NCBI GenBank assembly: GCA_023299815.1
Contig: JALZWA010000034.1
Location: forward strand, 137-64,136
Reading direction: 5' to 3'
Source of the DNA: Akkermansiaceae bacterium
Lineage (GTDB): Bacteria; Verrucomicrobiota; Verrucomicrobiia; Verrucomicrobiales; Akkermansiaceae
Length of the DNA: 64,000 bases
The notes under the pieces were generated by a model. That model had not been told where the DNA came from and made no database searches. It saw only the letters and a list, made by a program, of their open reading frames with translations. Made by a program: the position numbers and the translations under genes. Positions 44,884 to 53,913 of the stretch are shown here, piece by piece. Each line of letters opens with the position of its first letter. The stretch's first letter is position 1.

Positions 44884-45893
44884 GACTTGCGTCGGAATTT
44901 ACGGGACAGCGACTGAGATGGCTTTTCCACCAATCGATAGAGCAACCAGGCGGCGGCGAAACTCAGCACCAAATTTAGCACAGGCACGGCATACAAGAGC
45001 CACGCCAGATCGCCGGTGAGCTTGCCACGCGCGGCTTGGTTCACAAAATCGACGATGGGATAGTGGATAATGTAGAGAGAGTAAGAAATCGTCCCAAGCC
45101 AGCGCATCCGCAGTCGAGGAGCACGCCAACAAACCATGAGAAAAAGCGAGGCATAGGCCACCAGCAAATGATGCGTCTGCAGCTCCGTGACGAATCCTGG
45201 CACCAGACAAAGTGCTCCCACAATGAGCGCCGCTCCTAGCGAGATCTGCTTCTGATGAAGAAAATACCCCAGCAGCCCGAGCGCGAAGTAAGGCGAGTAT
45301 TTTAGCAGCTCCACTTGCGGCAAGGAAACTGCCGGAAAGACGAGGAGCGAAAACAAAATCGGCGTGAGTAGCGCAGCGAAACGAGGACTCTTTTTTCCAA
45401 AGGCGAGAATCAAGGGAAAGCTCAACCCGATCACGAGATAATATTGAAACTCAACCGCAAGCGTCCAGTAGACTGCATTGAGCCACTCATGCTCGGTGAA
45501 GGGAATCAGGTAAAACAGATGCGCCGCGAGCTGTCCAAAGTCAGGCACCCAGGGAACTCCATTCGAAGCCAAGCGAGTCTTCACCCCGAACAAGACACAA
45601 GCAAAAATCAGCGAAACTAAAAAAACAGGCTCGATCCGAACCGCTCGCCTCAAGAGAAAGCGCGGCACATTTTCCAAGCGATAAAGCGGGCCCAGCGAGA
45701 GCGGTAAAACAAAACCCGAAATCACAAAGAAGACCGCAACCCCCAGTTTCCCATGACCACCAATCACCGCGATCACAGGATCAAGAAGAGGCAGTGGGAA
45801 CCACCCAAACAAGTGATCCACCACCACCATCAGCGCCGCAATCCCGCGGAACAAGTGCACGGATTCTACGAAACCAGAATTAGCAGATTTCAT
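44880..45893 (-). CDS. Acyltransferase family 3 (membrane O-acyltransferase, OafA-like)
   Basis: HLFRGIAALMVVVDH opening motif and about 10 TM helices. Confidence 0.75.
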   Translation of the reverse strand: MKSANSGFVESVHLFRGIAALMVVVDHLFGWFPLPLLDPVIAVIGGHGKLGVAVFFVISGFVLPLSLGPLYRLENVPRFLLRRAVRIEPVFLVSLIFACVLFGVKTRLASNGVPWVPDFGQLAAHLFYLIPFTEHEWLNAVYWTLAVEFQYYLVIGLSFPLILAFGKKSPRFAALLTPILFSLLVFPAVSLPQVELLKYSPYFALGLLGYFLHQKQISLGAALIVGALCLVPGFVTELQTHHLLVAYASLFLMVCWRAPRLRMRWLGTISYSLYIIHYPIVDFVNQAARGKLTGDLAWLLYAVPVLNLVLSFAAAWLLYRLVEKPSQSLSRKFRRKS

Positions 45894-47620
45894 TCTGAAA
45901 CTCCGAGTCGGACCACCTGGTCACAGCCCTCGATGGTATTAAGACGATGTGCGATAATAATGAGTGTCAGCGTCCCTTGCAGTTCGCGAATCGCAGACAT
46001 CACCTCATTCTCAGTTTTAATATCCAGCGCACTCGTCGCCTCATCAAGAATGAGAACTTCAGGATTGGTATAAAGAGCACGCGCGAGACCGATGCGTTGC
46101 CGCTGCCCCCCAGACAGGCGCACCCCGCGCTCGCCCACCTCGGCATCCCATTTCTTGGGAAGTTCCTCTTCGATAAATGAAGCCACTTTTGCCGCTTCTG
46201 CAGCGCGTCGCACCGCATCATGGTCGATCTCCTCCTTCGGGATTCCGTAAGCAATATTCTCCGTGATCGAGGCATCAATCAGGAAAATATCCTGCGGCAC
46301 GTAGCCGATCATGCTTCGCCAAGAAGCGATATTATCAAGACTCAGCGGGGAGTCATCAATCTTGATCGCACCCGATTTAAGTTGATGCAGCCCGAGGATG
46401 GCATCCACAAAAGTCGACTTCCCGGAACCAGTCGTCCCGATAATCCCCACCGAGGAATTCCGAGGAATCGTGAGACTCAAGCGATCAAACACCGGCTTGG
46501 GCGCCTCGGGATATTGAAACGTCGCCTCTCCAATCGAGATCGCCCGCTGAAAGCTCACCGTCTCTTTTCCCTCTTCAATCAGCGGAGCCTCCTGCGCTTC
46601 ACGAAGCTCCTCTTCTAACAAGTCCACGGTGTAGGCCTTTCCTAAGATCTGATGCAACTGCCCATACAGCATCTGCACCGATGGCAGAAGGCGGTAACCC
46701 GCGAAGGCCATCACCGAGAGACTCGGTAAAATCTCCGCGAAAGACTGACCGCGCGCCGCCATGAAGACCACCACGGCAACCAGCCCACCATAGGCTAGTG
46801 GCTCGATTAAATAGCGCGGGCTATTTCCACAAATCGGAATCTGCGGCATCAGCCGAGCTTGCTCCGCCGAATGCCTTGAGAACACCTCGATAAAGTAACC
46901 CGTCTTCCCCTGCACCAGCGAGGGCTTGATCCCACCAAAGAATTGCTGAGCCGTCACCATACTTCCCTGATTCGCCTTACTGAGTCCCTCACTGACGAGA
47001 TGCGCACGGCGCCTGAAGAAGAAAAAGAGAATGAGATAAAAGGTTCCAAAAAGGAGACCTGCACTCACCGCAATGACCGGATCAACGATGAAGATCATCA
47101 CGATCAACATCGCCAGCATCACAAGACGCGAGAACACCTCCAGAATTCCGATGAAAACAAAATCGATAAACTGCGTCACCTCCACCGCCACCTTTTGAAT
47201 CAAGGTCGCCGAGTTGCGCTCAAGGAAAAAGCGATAAGGCCGCTTCGCAAAGGACTCTAGAAGATGCAGTCGTAAAAAGTGCCCCAAACCATGTGCGTAG
47301 CGGACGCGCACCACCTCGCTCAAGAGACTGATACCATTCGCGAGGAAAAGAACCGCGATCGAAAACACCCCCGCCCAGACCAAGAGGGTATTGTCATCCA
47401 TCACGGGTAACTTTTCGAAAACCCAAGCGCCCATCGCACTCTCCCTCGCCAACTCTGGATTAGCTGCGAGTGCGAAAAATGGAAAGATCGAGGTCACCCC
47501 AAAGACCTGCATCAAGCCATTACCCAGAATCACGGCGACCACCACCACCATGCGCAGGCCGCCATAGGGACGCGCAATCGCAAGACAGCGACGGATCAGA
47601 GTAAGGAAGCCAGTGGGCAT
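45890..47620 (-). CDS. ABC exporter, fused permease/ATPase (MsbA-like type I exporter)
   Basis: Six N-terminal TM helices; Walker A GTTGSGKST; signature LSGGQRQRIGLARAL; Walker B ILDEATSALD. Confidence 0.85.
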   Translation of the reverse strand: MPTGFLTLIRRCLAIARPYGGLRMVVVVAVILGNGLMQVFGVTSIFPFFALAANPELARESAMGAWVFEKLPVMDDNTLLVWAGVFSIAVLFLANGISLLSEVVRVRYAHGLGHFLRLHLLESFAKRPYRFFLERNSATLIQKVAVEVTQFIDFVFIGILEVFSRLVMLAMLIVMIFIVDPVIAVSAGLLFGTFYLILFFFFRRRAHLVSEGLSKANQGSMVTAQQFFGGIKPSLVQGKTGYFIEVFSRHSAEQARLMPQIPICGNSPRYLIEPLAYGGLVAVVVFMAARGQSFAEILPSLSVMAFAGYRLLPSVQMLYGQLHQILGKAYTVDLLEEELREAQEAPLIEEGKETVSFQRAISIGEATFQYPEAPKPVFDRLSLTIPRNSSVGIIGTTGSGKSTFVDAILGLHQLKSGAIKIDDSPLSLDNIASWRSMIGYVPQDIFLIDASITENIAYGIPKEEIDHDAVRRAAEAAKVASFIEEELPKKWDAEVGERGVRLSGGQRQRIGLARALYTNPEVLILDEATSALDIKTENEVMSAIRELQGTLTLIIIAHRLNTIEGCDQVVRLGVSE

Positions 47621-47733
47621 TATTTTAAAGAAGAGACGCTGCCGCCCTTGGTCGCTTGCTCATCAGAAGCAAAACCATTGAATAAGCAATTTAAGGATTT
47701 ATGGGGGGCGAGAAGCAGCTCAGGAATGCTGCT

Positions 47734-49833
47734 CTAAAAATGTTCTTTTTGCGGTTTCGCAAAGGTGAGGTCGATCTCTTCTTGATCGTCTTCTTCACCA
47801 TACTCTTGATAGGCATATCCATATGCCCCTCCTTTAGATCGCCTAGCGGAGAAGCCATTGAGAACGATTCCATCAGGAACAATTCCCGCACCATCGAGAA
47901 GACCAATCGCCGCCTGCACCGCCTTACGCGGGGTCGATTCTGCGCGAACCACCAGTGCGAGATTCTGAGAAAGAGGCGCGAGAATCCGAGTGTCAGGAAC
48001 GGCAAGAAGAGGTGCAGAATCAATCACGATGTGGTCATAGGATTTCGTAAACTCATCGAAAAGTGCTCCCAGTTTTGATGGCTCCAAAAGCTCACCCGGA
48101 TTCGGTGACTTTGGTCCCGAGAAAATGACGGTGAGATTCGGCAGCGCCTCATAGTTTGTCAGCGCCTCTTCCTGAGGAGCTGTCTTGGTCAGGATATTGA
48201 CGATCCCAGGATGCGCATTACGGGCCTCGCCAAAAAGCTTATGCATCGCTGGCTTCCGGAGATCAAAGTCGATGAGCAGGGTCTTCGTCCCCTGCCTTGC
48301 ATAGGCGATGGCAAGATTACCGGCAGCAAAGGTTTTCCCCTCACCCGGGAGCGATGAGGTCACGAGCGTGATCTTCCGCTCGTCATTGTTTCCGAGGAGA
48401 GAAATCGAAGCGCGCAGCACTCGAAAAGCCTCCGCATTCTCAATCTCAGGCCCCCAATGAGTCGCAGCTAACCGGGCTGACACTTTACTCAAAGAAGGCG
48501 GCAGCTGAGGAAATCCTTTTTTCCTCAGCTCATCTTCATCCGAAATCTGATGCACCACCGCGAGACCAGGAAAGCCCAACTCCTCGCTCACTTGCTCAAG
48601 ATTGTGAATCTTATTATCGAGTAGCTGGAATACGAAGGCGAAGAGGAACCCCACAAAGAGGCCACCCACTCCCGCCTTGGTCAGAATCGATTTCACATTT
48701 GGTGAAAATGGCTCACGCGCACGGCGTGCAGGCTCCTTGGGAATCACCTCTGACTCCGCGCGCTCTGCTGTGACCTGCTTCGTTTGGACACGCTCAAGAA
48801 GAGTTTTATAAAGCGTGCTTCGGCTTTCGATCTCACTATCGAGTGTGGACTTTCGCGCGAGTAAAAGACGGCGCATTTCCTCGAAGCGATCCTCTTCAGA
48901 AAGCTCCACGAGTTGAGTGCGAAACTGCATCCAGTGATCTCCATCCAGAGGATTATCGATCGCCGAGGTCAGTTTTTTAAGAAGATCCTCTCGCTGAATG
49001 TCATGAGCACGTGTCGTATCCTTCATCTTAGGATGCTTGTGCAAGTAGCGAATGGAATGCTGGGCCACCATTTTCTCTACCTCGATGAGAGCCTTTTCCG
49101 CCTCAAAGGGAGCGGTGTAACTTCCCAAAAGCTTCTGCGAATTCTGGAGCTCTTTTCCCACTCGTTCAGATTCACTCATGAGATACTCTAAAGTCGTCAG
49201 AGCGCCGGATGATTTACTCTTCTCACGAATTGCGATGAAATGATGCAGGAGTCGATTCGCGACCACCTCAGCGACCACCGGTGAACTGTGCACCACTGTC
49301 ACGGTAATAAAGCGCGTCTCCGGGATCGCTTCCGAGCGCGTCCAGCTTCGGATCATGTCCGCCAGCACCGCCGAGGGAGGTGCTTCTGTAATAAGAGCCG
49401 CCTTTTCATCTTCCTTACTAAAGGAGGCCAAGAAGGCAGGTGCTTGCTTTGGAATTAAGTCAGAAAGATCTCGTACTAAAGGATCAGAAGCCACTTCTTC
49501 AAATAGCTGTCGCCGCTCAAAGTCGGCTCGGACCATCTCGACTGCTTCTTTTCCCCGGAGATCGATATCCGTAGGATCGAACTTACCCATCACGGTCATG
49601 TTCCAATCCCGCACCATCAGCATCGCAGTAGAACTATAGAGCGGGACCGAGCGCTTCACCTGGAAAAAGCCCCAGACCAAGCCCAGCAGAAGCCCAAGCA
49701 GAAGCCAGTGCCAGCGCGCGATGATCCGAGGAATGAGATATGCCGGATCAAACATTCCCGGCTGACTCTTCACACTCGAATATTCTTCGTAGCCGGTCTC
49801 AGCGATAGGATCTTGGTTGCGCTTCTTTGCCAT
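47734..49833 (-). CDS. Polysaccharide co-polymerase / BY-tyrosine autokinase (Wzc/GumC-like)
   Basis: Two TM helices flanking a long coiled periplasmic domain; Walker A SSLPGEGKTFAAGNLA; C-terminal Tyr cluster GGAYGYAYQEY. Confidence 0.85.
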   Translation of the reverse strand: MAKKRNQDPIAETGYEEYSSVKSQPGMFDPAYLIPRIIARWHWLLLGLLLGLVWGFFQVKRSVPLYSSTAMLMVRDWNMTVMGKFDPTDIDLRGKEAVEMVRADFERRQLFEEVASDPLVRDLSDLIPKQAPAFLASFSKEDEKAALITEAPPSAVLADMIRSWTRSEAIPETRFITVTVVHSSPVVAEVVANRLLHHFIAIREKSKSSGALTTLEYLMSESERVGKELQNSQKLLGSYTAPFEAEKALIEVEKMVAQHSIRYLHKHPKMKDTTRAHDIQREDLLKKLTSAIDNPLDGDHWMQFRTQLVELSEEDRFEEMRRLLLARKSTLDSEIESRSTLYKTLLERVQTKQVTAERAESEVIPKEPARRAREPFSPNVKSILTKAGVGGLFVGFLFAFVFQLLDNKIHNLEQVSEELGFPGLAVVHQISDEDELRKKGFPQLPPSLSKVSARLAATHWGPEIENAEAFRVLRASISLLGNNDERKITLVTSSLPGEGKTFAAGNLAIAYARQGTKTLLIDFDLRKPAMHKLFGEARNAHPGIVNILTKTAPQEEALTNYEALPNLTVIFSGPKSPNPGELLEPSKLGALFDEFTKSYDHIVIDSAPLLAVPDTRILAPLSQNLALVVRAESTPRKAVQAAIGLLDGAGIVPDGIVLNGFSARRSKGGAYGYAYQEYGEEDDQEEIDLTFAKPQKEHF

Positions 49834-49844
49834 AGAAATTCAGA

Positions 49845-50906
49845 TTAAAAACGACGCTCGGGGACAGAGATGACATCACTAGGCACCAGGTAAAATACTG
49901 CGACGTCCCCACGCGACATCTTCTTCAAATTCAAGGAATAGACATCCTTACGCTCTCCGCTGCGACGCGTCACCGTGACCTTTTCCTCATTGGCGAGGCG
50001 TCTATATCCCCCCGCGTGACCGATCGCATTAAGGATACTCATTTTGCCGTTGAGCGCGAATGCCACTGGCCCGGGCTTATTGACCTGGCCGACAATGGTC
50101 ACTGTTTTCCCCACAAATCGACTCGGCGGAACGGTCACGATATCGCCCGGGGCGAGGCTCGTAGCCCCATTGGGGTTGATCGCCATCACCTTCGCTCCTC
50201 GCTTAATCGTCGTGCGCCCGAGGTCCGCCTCCCGGGTCACCCCTCCTGCCGTTCCAATGAGCGTCTTGAGATCAAGAATACCGCTCAGCGGAAAAGGATA
50301 AGCATTCGCCTTCGAAATCTCACCGATGATCGTCACGGTCGTATTCGCAAATCGATTGACCGGAACATCAATGCGGTCCCCATTTTGAAGAATCACCGGT
50401 CCATTCCCCGCATCCTGGAGTTTTGAAAAGACGAAGCTCCTCGTCGCATCTCCGCGGCTCAACCGAATCTCCTTCGTATTCGCGAACTCTGAAAATCCAC
50501 CGGAAGCGGCAATTGCAGTCACCAAGTCAAGCAGTGAGTCAGACGGGATGTTGACTTCACCCGGATTATTGACAGCTCCAATCACGGTGACTCTACCCTG
50601 ACGTGCTTTGATCAAAGTGAGCGTCACCTCAGGGCTCACAAGCCAGCCATCAAGATAGGCCTCGGTAATCTTCAGCTCAGCTTCTTCTAGGGTGAGGCCC
50701 GCCAGCTTGACCGAGCCGATGAAGGTGAAAGCGGCTTCCCCCGCCTGTGTGATGACCGTCTTTTTATCGAGGTCCTCTTCCTCTTGATAAACTGTAATCC
50801 CGATCTCATCAAGAGGTTGAAGTCGATATGCTGTCGCCTCAGCTGAGGCGAAAACAGCAGAGAACGCAAGCCCGAGGAAAGCCACGAGGAGGCGGATGGA
50901 GGTCAT
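49845..50906 (-). CDS. Polysaccharide export protein (Wza-like, Poly_export plus SLBB repeats)
   Basis: Signal peptide; YRLQPLDEIGITVY opening motif; repeated V.V.G.V..PG modules. Confidence 0.8.
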   Translation of the reverse strand: MTSIRLLVAFLGLAFSAVFASAEATAYRLQPLDEIGITVYQEEEDLDKKTVITQAGEAAFTFIGSVKLAGLTLEEAELKITEAYLDGWLVSPEVTLTLIKARQGRVTVIGAVNNPGEVNIPSDSLLDLVTAIAASGGFSEFANTKEIRLSRGDATRSFVFSKLQDAGNGPVILQNGDRIDVPVNRFANTTVTIIGEISKANAYPFPLSGILDLKTLIGTAGGVTREADLGRTTIKRGAKVMAINPNGATSLAPGDIVTVPPSRFVGKTVTIVGQVNKPGPVAFALNGKMSILNAIGHAGGYRRLANEEKVTVTRRSGERKDVYSLNLKKMSRGDVAVFYLVPSDVISVPERRF

Positions 50907-50922
50907 TTTGAGAAAGAGGTTA

Positions 50923-52353
50923 TTAAAATCGATAGGTTAAACCTACTGATCCCGTAATTTGTTGAAAATTACGTCCTCCAGAATTCTCAGAATATGAGAT
51001 ATTTGTCGATAGCGAACTATCTTTCACGAAAGATGGATGTGAATAACTTAACAAGAGCACTTGAAAAGACTGGCTGAGAGAACTCGCCGACCCTCCACTT
51101 GCGACAAAATCTGTGCTGCTGTAAGAATAGGTAAAAGCGAGTTGCGAGAGCCCGAATGACCGACGGACTCCTGCGGAAAAGGTCGTATCCTCAATCGTCT
51201 CACCCACATTAATCAGCGACGGACTGTTGCGCAGCCGTATGCTCATCCAAGCCTCCCAAAGCTCGCTCGGCGAATAAGTAAGATTGATCGATGCGCTCAC
51301 CGCCTGCCCTTGATCCTCTACCGAACCCGCATTTTGCTGAAAAGGATTCGACAGAAAATCTTGGCTAATCTGGCTGCTCTGTAGCTCATCAATCGAGATT
51401 GCCTCGTAGCTAATCATGCCATTGACACTCCAGATTTCATCCAGCTCGTAATCAAACCGCAATGAACCCGTGGGAGAAATCGACGAACTCACGCCCGATC
51501 CCCCAGAGACCACTTCAGTTCCGAGACTCAGCGAAAAATTCGTTTTTCCACTGAAGTCATAATCCATCCGCCCCAGAAAACTGATGCTTTGGAAGCTACT
51601 CGTGCTATCTGAACTCGTCCTTGCATAGCGCAGCGAGGGCCCCGCATTGATGAGAGGAGTCGCCTCCCAGAGCGCAGAAAAGACCGCACTTAGTCCCGTC
51701 GTGTTTCCGATGCTGCTGACGCTATTTTCCCGCTGAACATAGTCGAGAGCCGCCGTCAATTCCGTCCGCTCCGACCACTCATGCTTCGCAGAAAAATTCA
51801 CCCCTCGATTCGTGCTCCGAGAGAAATTCTCAGCCAGACGATTCGAATTATTAAAGACACTGAAGTTCGCCCCCAGCGTCATAAAGGTCTTTGCCCCCTC
51901 GTAAGTCGCAGTGCCCCGGAAGCGCTGATCAATATTATCATTCAGATCCCCTCCGTGGTAAAAATTGAAGGTCGGAGAGTAACTTCCAGCCAGCACAAAG
52001 ACCGCTCGCCCATTCGGTGCTGAGCGATAAGATGCACTCGGACTCAGACTCGTAAAAAAGACACCACTCTCCCCCTCCTCGGAGATCCGTGGGTTCGAGT
52101 TGTAAGTCTCCCGCCCCCGAAACGAAAAATCAAACCCCTCCGATCCATCCTCTCGGAACGCGCCACTGGTAAAGAGTTTGATCGTATCCTCAAGCGTCTC
52201 CGGCAACTCCGGGCGCTCTTCTAAAACAGGTGACTCATAAAAATCCGGGCTGACATACTCCTCATCCGCCTCGATCACCACACTCTCATCAAGCACCGTC
52301 TGCCCCAGCAATCCTGGGACGGAGAGAAAAGAGAACAGCCAAAAGAAACGCAT
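50923..52353 (-). CDS. Outer-membrane beta-barrel protein of the EPS/exosortase locus
   Basis: Signal peptide from Met10; alternating beta-strand pattern rich in S/T/N/Y; C-terminal ...GLTYRF with a terminal Phe. Confidence 0.6.
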   Translation of the reverse strand: MRFFWLFSFLSVPGLLGQTVLDESVVIEADEEYVSPDFYESPVLEERPELPETLEDTIKLFTSGAFREDGSEGFDFSFRGRETYNSNPRISEEGESGVFFTSLSPSASYRSAPNGRAVFVLAGSYSPTFNFYHGGDLNDNIDQRFRGTATYEGAKTFMTLGANFSVFNNSNRLAENFSRSTNRGVNFSAKHEWSERTELTAALDYVQRENSVSSIGNTTGLSAVFSALWEATPLINAGPSLRYARTSSDSTSSFQSISFLGRMDYDFSGKTNFSLSLGTEVVSGGSGVSSSISPTGSLRFDYELDEIWSVNGMISYEAISIDELQSSQISQDFLSNPFQQNAGSVEDQGQAVSASINLTYSPSELWEAWMSIRLRNSPSLINVGETIEDTTFSAGVRRSFGLSQLAFTYSYSSTDFVASGGSASSLSQSFQVLLLSYSHPSFVKDSSLSTNISYSENSGGRNFQQITGSVGLTYRF

Positions 52354-52361
52354 AACCGAGA

Positions 52362-53027
52362 CTACTCTTTCAAAAAGCAATTCGCCAAGACGAAGCTTTC
52401 AAATACCCCATCTGCTTCCTCTCCCTCCTCGTAACCCCTCACCATCGCGAGCATTAGACTGGCCGCCGGAATGCTTTTTCGATTCACAATAAAATCCACC
52501 CTCATCCCCCAACTATCAAAATCCGGAATCGGTCCCTCCAGCCAGCCCTCACTCCCAAGCCAGACCAATTTGTAGACAAAAACAGGACCTGCCTCAGACG
52601 GATGCGTGAACTCATAGCGCATGATCCGACAGTCGGAAAAAGAAACCTCAAAGGACGGCGCCACCGCTTCCCCCACCGGAATCGCTCCCGATGTCGGCAT
52701 GCAAATATCCGGAGAATGTCCAAAGATATCGCGCCACACTCGCCCATTCCCCGCATCATACTCAAGCGCGATCACCATCAGCTGCTTCGCAGGGTCATCA
52801 TCGATAAACAACTGCCGGAAACTCTGACTCCTGTGAAATGAAAGAACCTCGCCGGCCCCACTGTCCGACATTGGAAAATCGATGGTGTCAGGTGAAGCGG
52901 CTGGCCGCTCCAGCCTCAGCATCGCCCCATCATCACTGACCTGGGCGAACCAAAAATACGGCAGAGCCTCGCTGAAAGCTACCGCCGCCAGAACAACAAA
53001 AAAGAAGATAGATTGTGGCCGCTTCAT
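52362..53027 (-). CDS. epsI: EpsI-family exosortase-associated protein
   Basis: N-terminal anchor and the GHSPDICMPTSG motif (EpsI HSPxxCxPxxG pattern). Located 1 nt downstream of the exosortase. Confidence 0.65.
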   Translation of the reverse strand: MKRPQSIFFFVVLAAVAFSEALPYFWFAQVSDDGAMLRLERPAASPDTIDFPMSDSGAGEVLSFHRSQSFRQLFIDDDPAKQLMVIALEYDAGNGRVWRDIFGHSPDICMPTSGAIPVGEAVAPSFEVSFSDCRIMRYEFTHPSEAGPVFVYKLVWLGSEGWLEGPIPDFDSWGMRVDFIVNRKSIPAASLMLAMVRGYEEGEEADGVFESFVLANCFLKE

Positions 53028-53028
53028 T

Positions 53029-53913
53029 TTATTTTGCGTGAACCCTTCTACGAACCACCCTCGCTCTCCGGCGATGGATCATCCAAGCCGCGACCGATAC
53101 CCCTCCGTAGACGATCAGAAGCACGAGAAATCCAAGCGGATCGTGAGCGGCCTCCACCGCCTCTGCCGTTTGCTCATTCCCAATTTTCCCTAACATGTAA
53201 ATCCGGAGAACATTCCCTCCCACTGCCAAACTCAAACTCACGAGTAACAAACTCACTCGCTGCCAAAACGACCCCCGACACACCTCTCCGAGAAAAAGTG
53301 CCGCTGCCGCACTACTCTGAAACGAGCGGATTCCACTGCACCCATCCGCAATATCGAGCGGCAGAGTTTTCGTAAGAAGAAGCTGCCCCAGCCGCTCGAC
53401 CATCTGACCGCTGAGCAGAAGAAGACTCTGCCCAGAATCGATCACGATCGCGGTAAGTGTATCCACAAGAGGATTTTCCACGAGACTCGGGAGAGGGACC
53501 GCAACGAGGCAAAAGAGCGTCGCTGGCAGGCAAGACCAGCTCGTCGCTTTCCCCGAAACCAGAATCAAAATTAGATGGAATGCACTGAGCGAGACCACCG
53601 CGTGGATCCAGAGCGGAAGCCGCCAAAGAGGATCCATCGATTCACTCAGGCGGAGAGGGATCAAAGCGACCAAACAAAATGCTAACACCCCAGTTTCTAG
53701 AGAAGTCAGCTTTTCGCCTTCCCCTTTCCACTCACTCCACCGCAGCCAAAAAAGAATCGCGCATGCCAGAGGCACCAGCCAACCAAAATCATAATAATCA
53801 GAGCCGCTCCAACTTGCAGAAAGAGCCCAAAAGAGCTGCACCGCCAGCGCAAGCAAAGCGAACACCGCCATCACCTGCTGAAGCTCGACACTCTTTTTCT
53901 GCTTGCTCATCAC
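53029..53913 (-). CDS. Exosortase (Xrt family transpeptidase)
   Basis: Polytopic protein with YYDFGWLVP, VAVPLPSL, catalytic-Cys motif DIADGCSGIRS, Arg motif GGNVLRIY, and His motif AAHDPLGF. Confidence 0.8.
   Translation of the reverse strand: MMSKQKKSVELQQVMAVFALLALAVQLFWALSASWSGSDYYDFGWLVPLACAILFWLRWSEWKGEGEKLTSLETGVLAFCLVALIPLRLSESMDPLWRLPLWIHAVVSLSAFHLILILVSGKATSWSCLPATLFCLVAVPLPSLVENPLVDTLTAIVIDSGQSLLLLSGQMVERLGQLLLTKTLPLDIADGCSGIRSFQSSAAAALFLGEVCRGSFWQRVSLLLVSLSLAVGGNVLRIYMLGKIGNEQTAEAVEAAHDPLGFLVLLIVYGGVSVAAWMIHRRRARVVRRRVHAK

Noticed and set aside
47691-48078. ORFs 47691-48023 (-) and 47701-48078 (+) at the 3' end of the Wzc gene.
   Set aside because: They overlap the C-terminal kinase domain and Tyr cluster of the 699-aa BY-kinase ORF, and they have an odd composition and no motifs.
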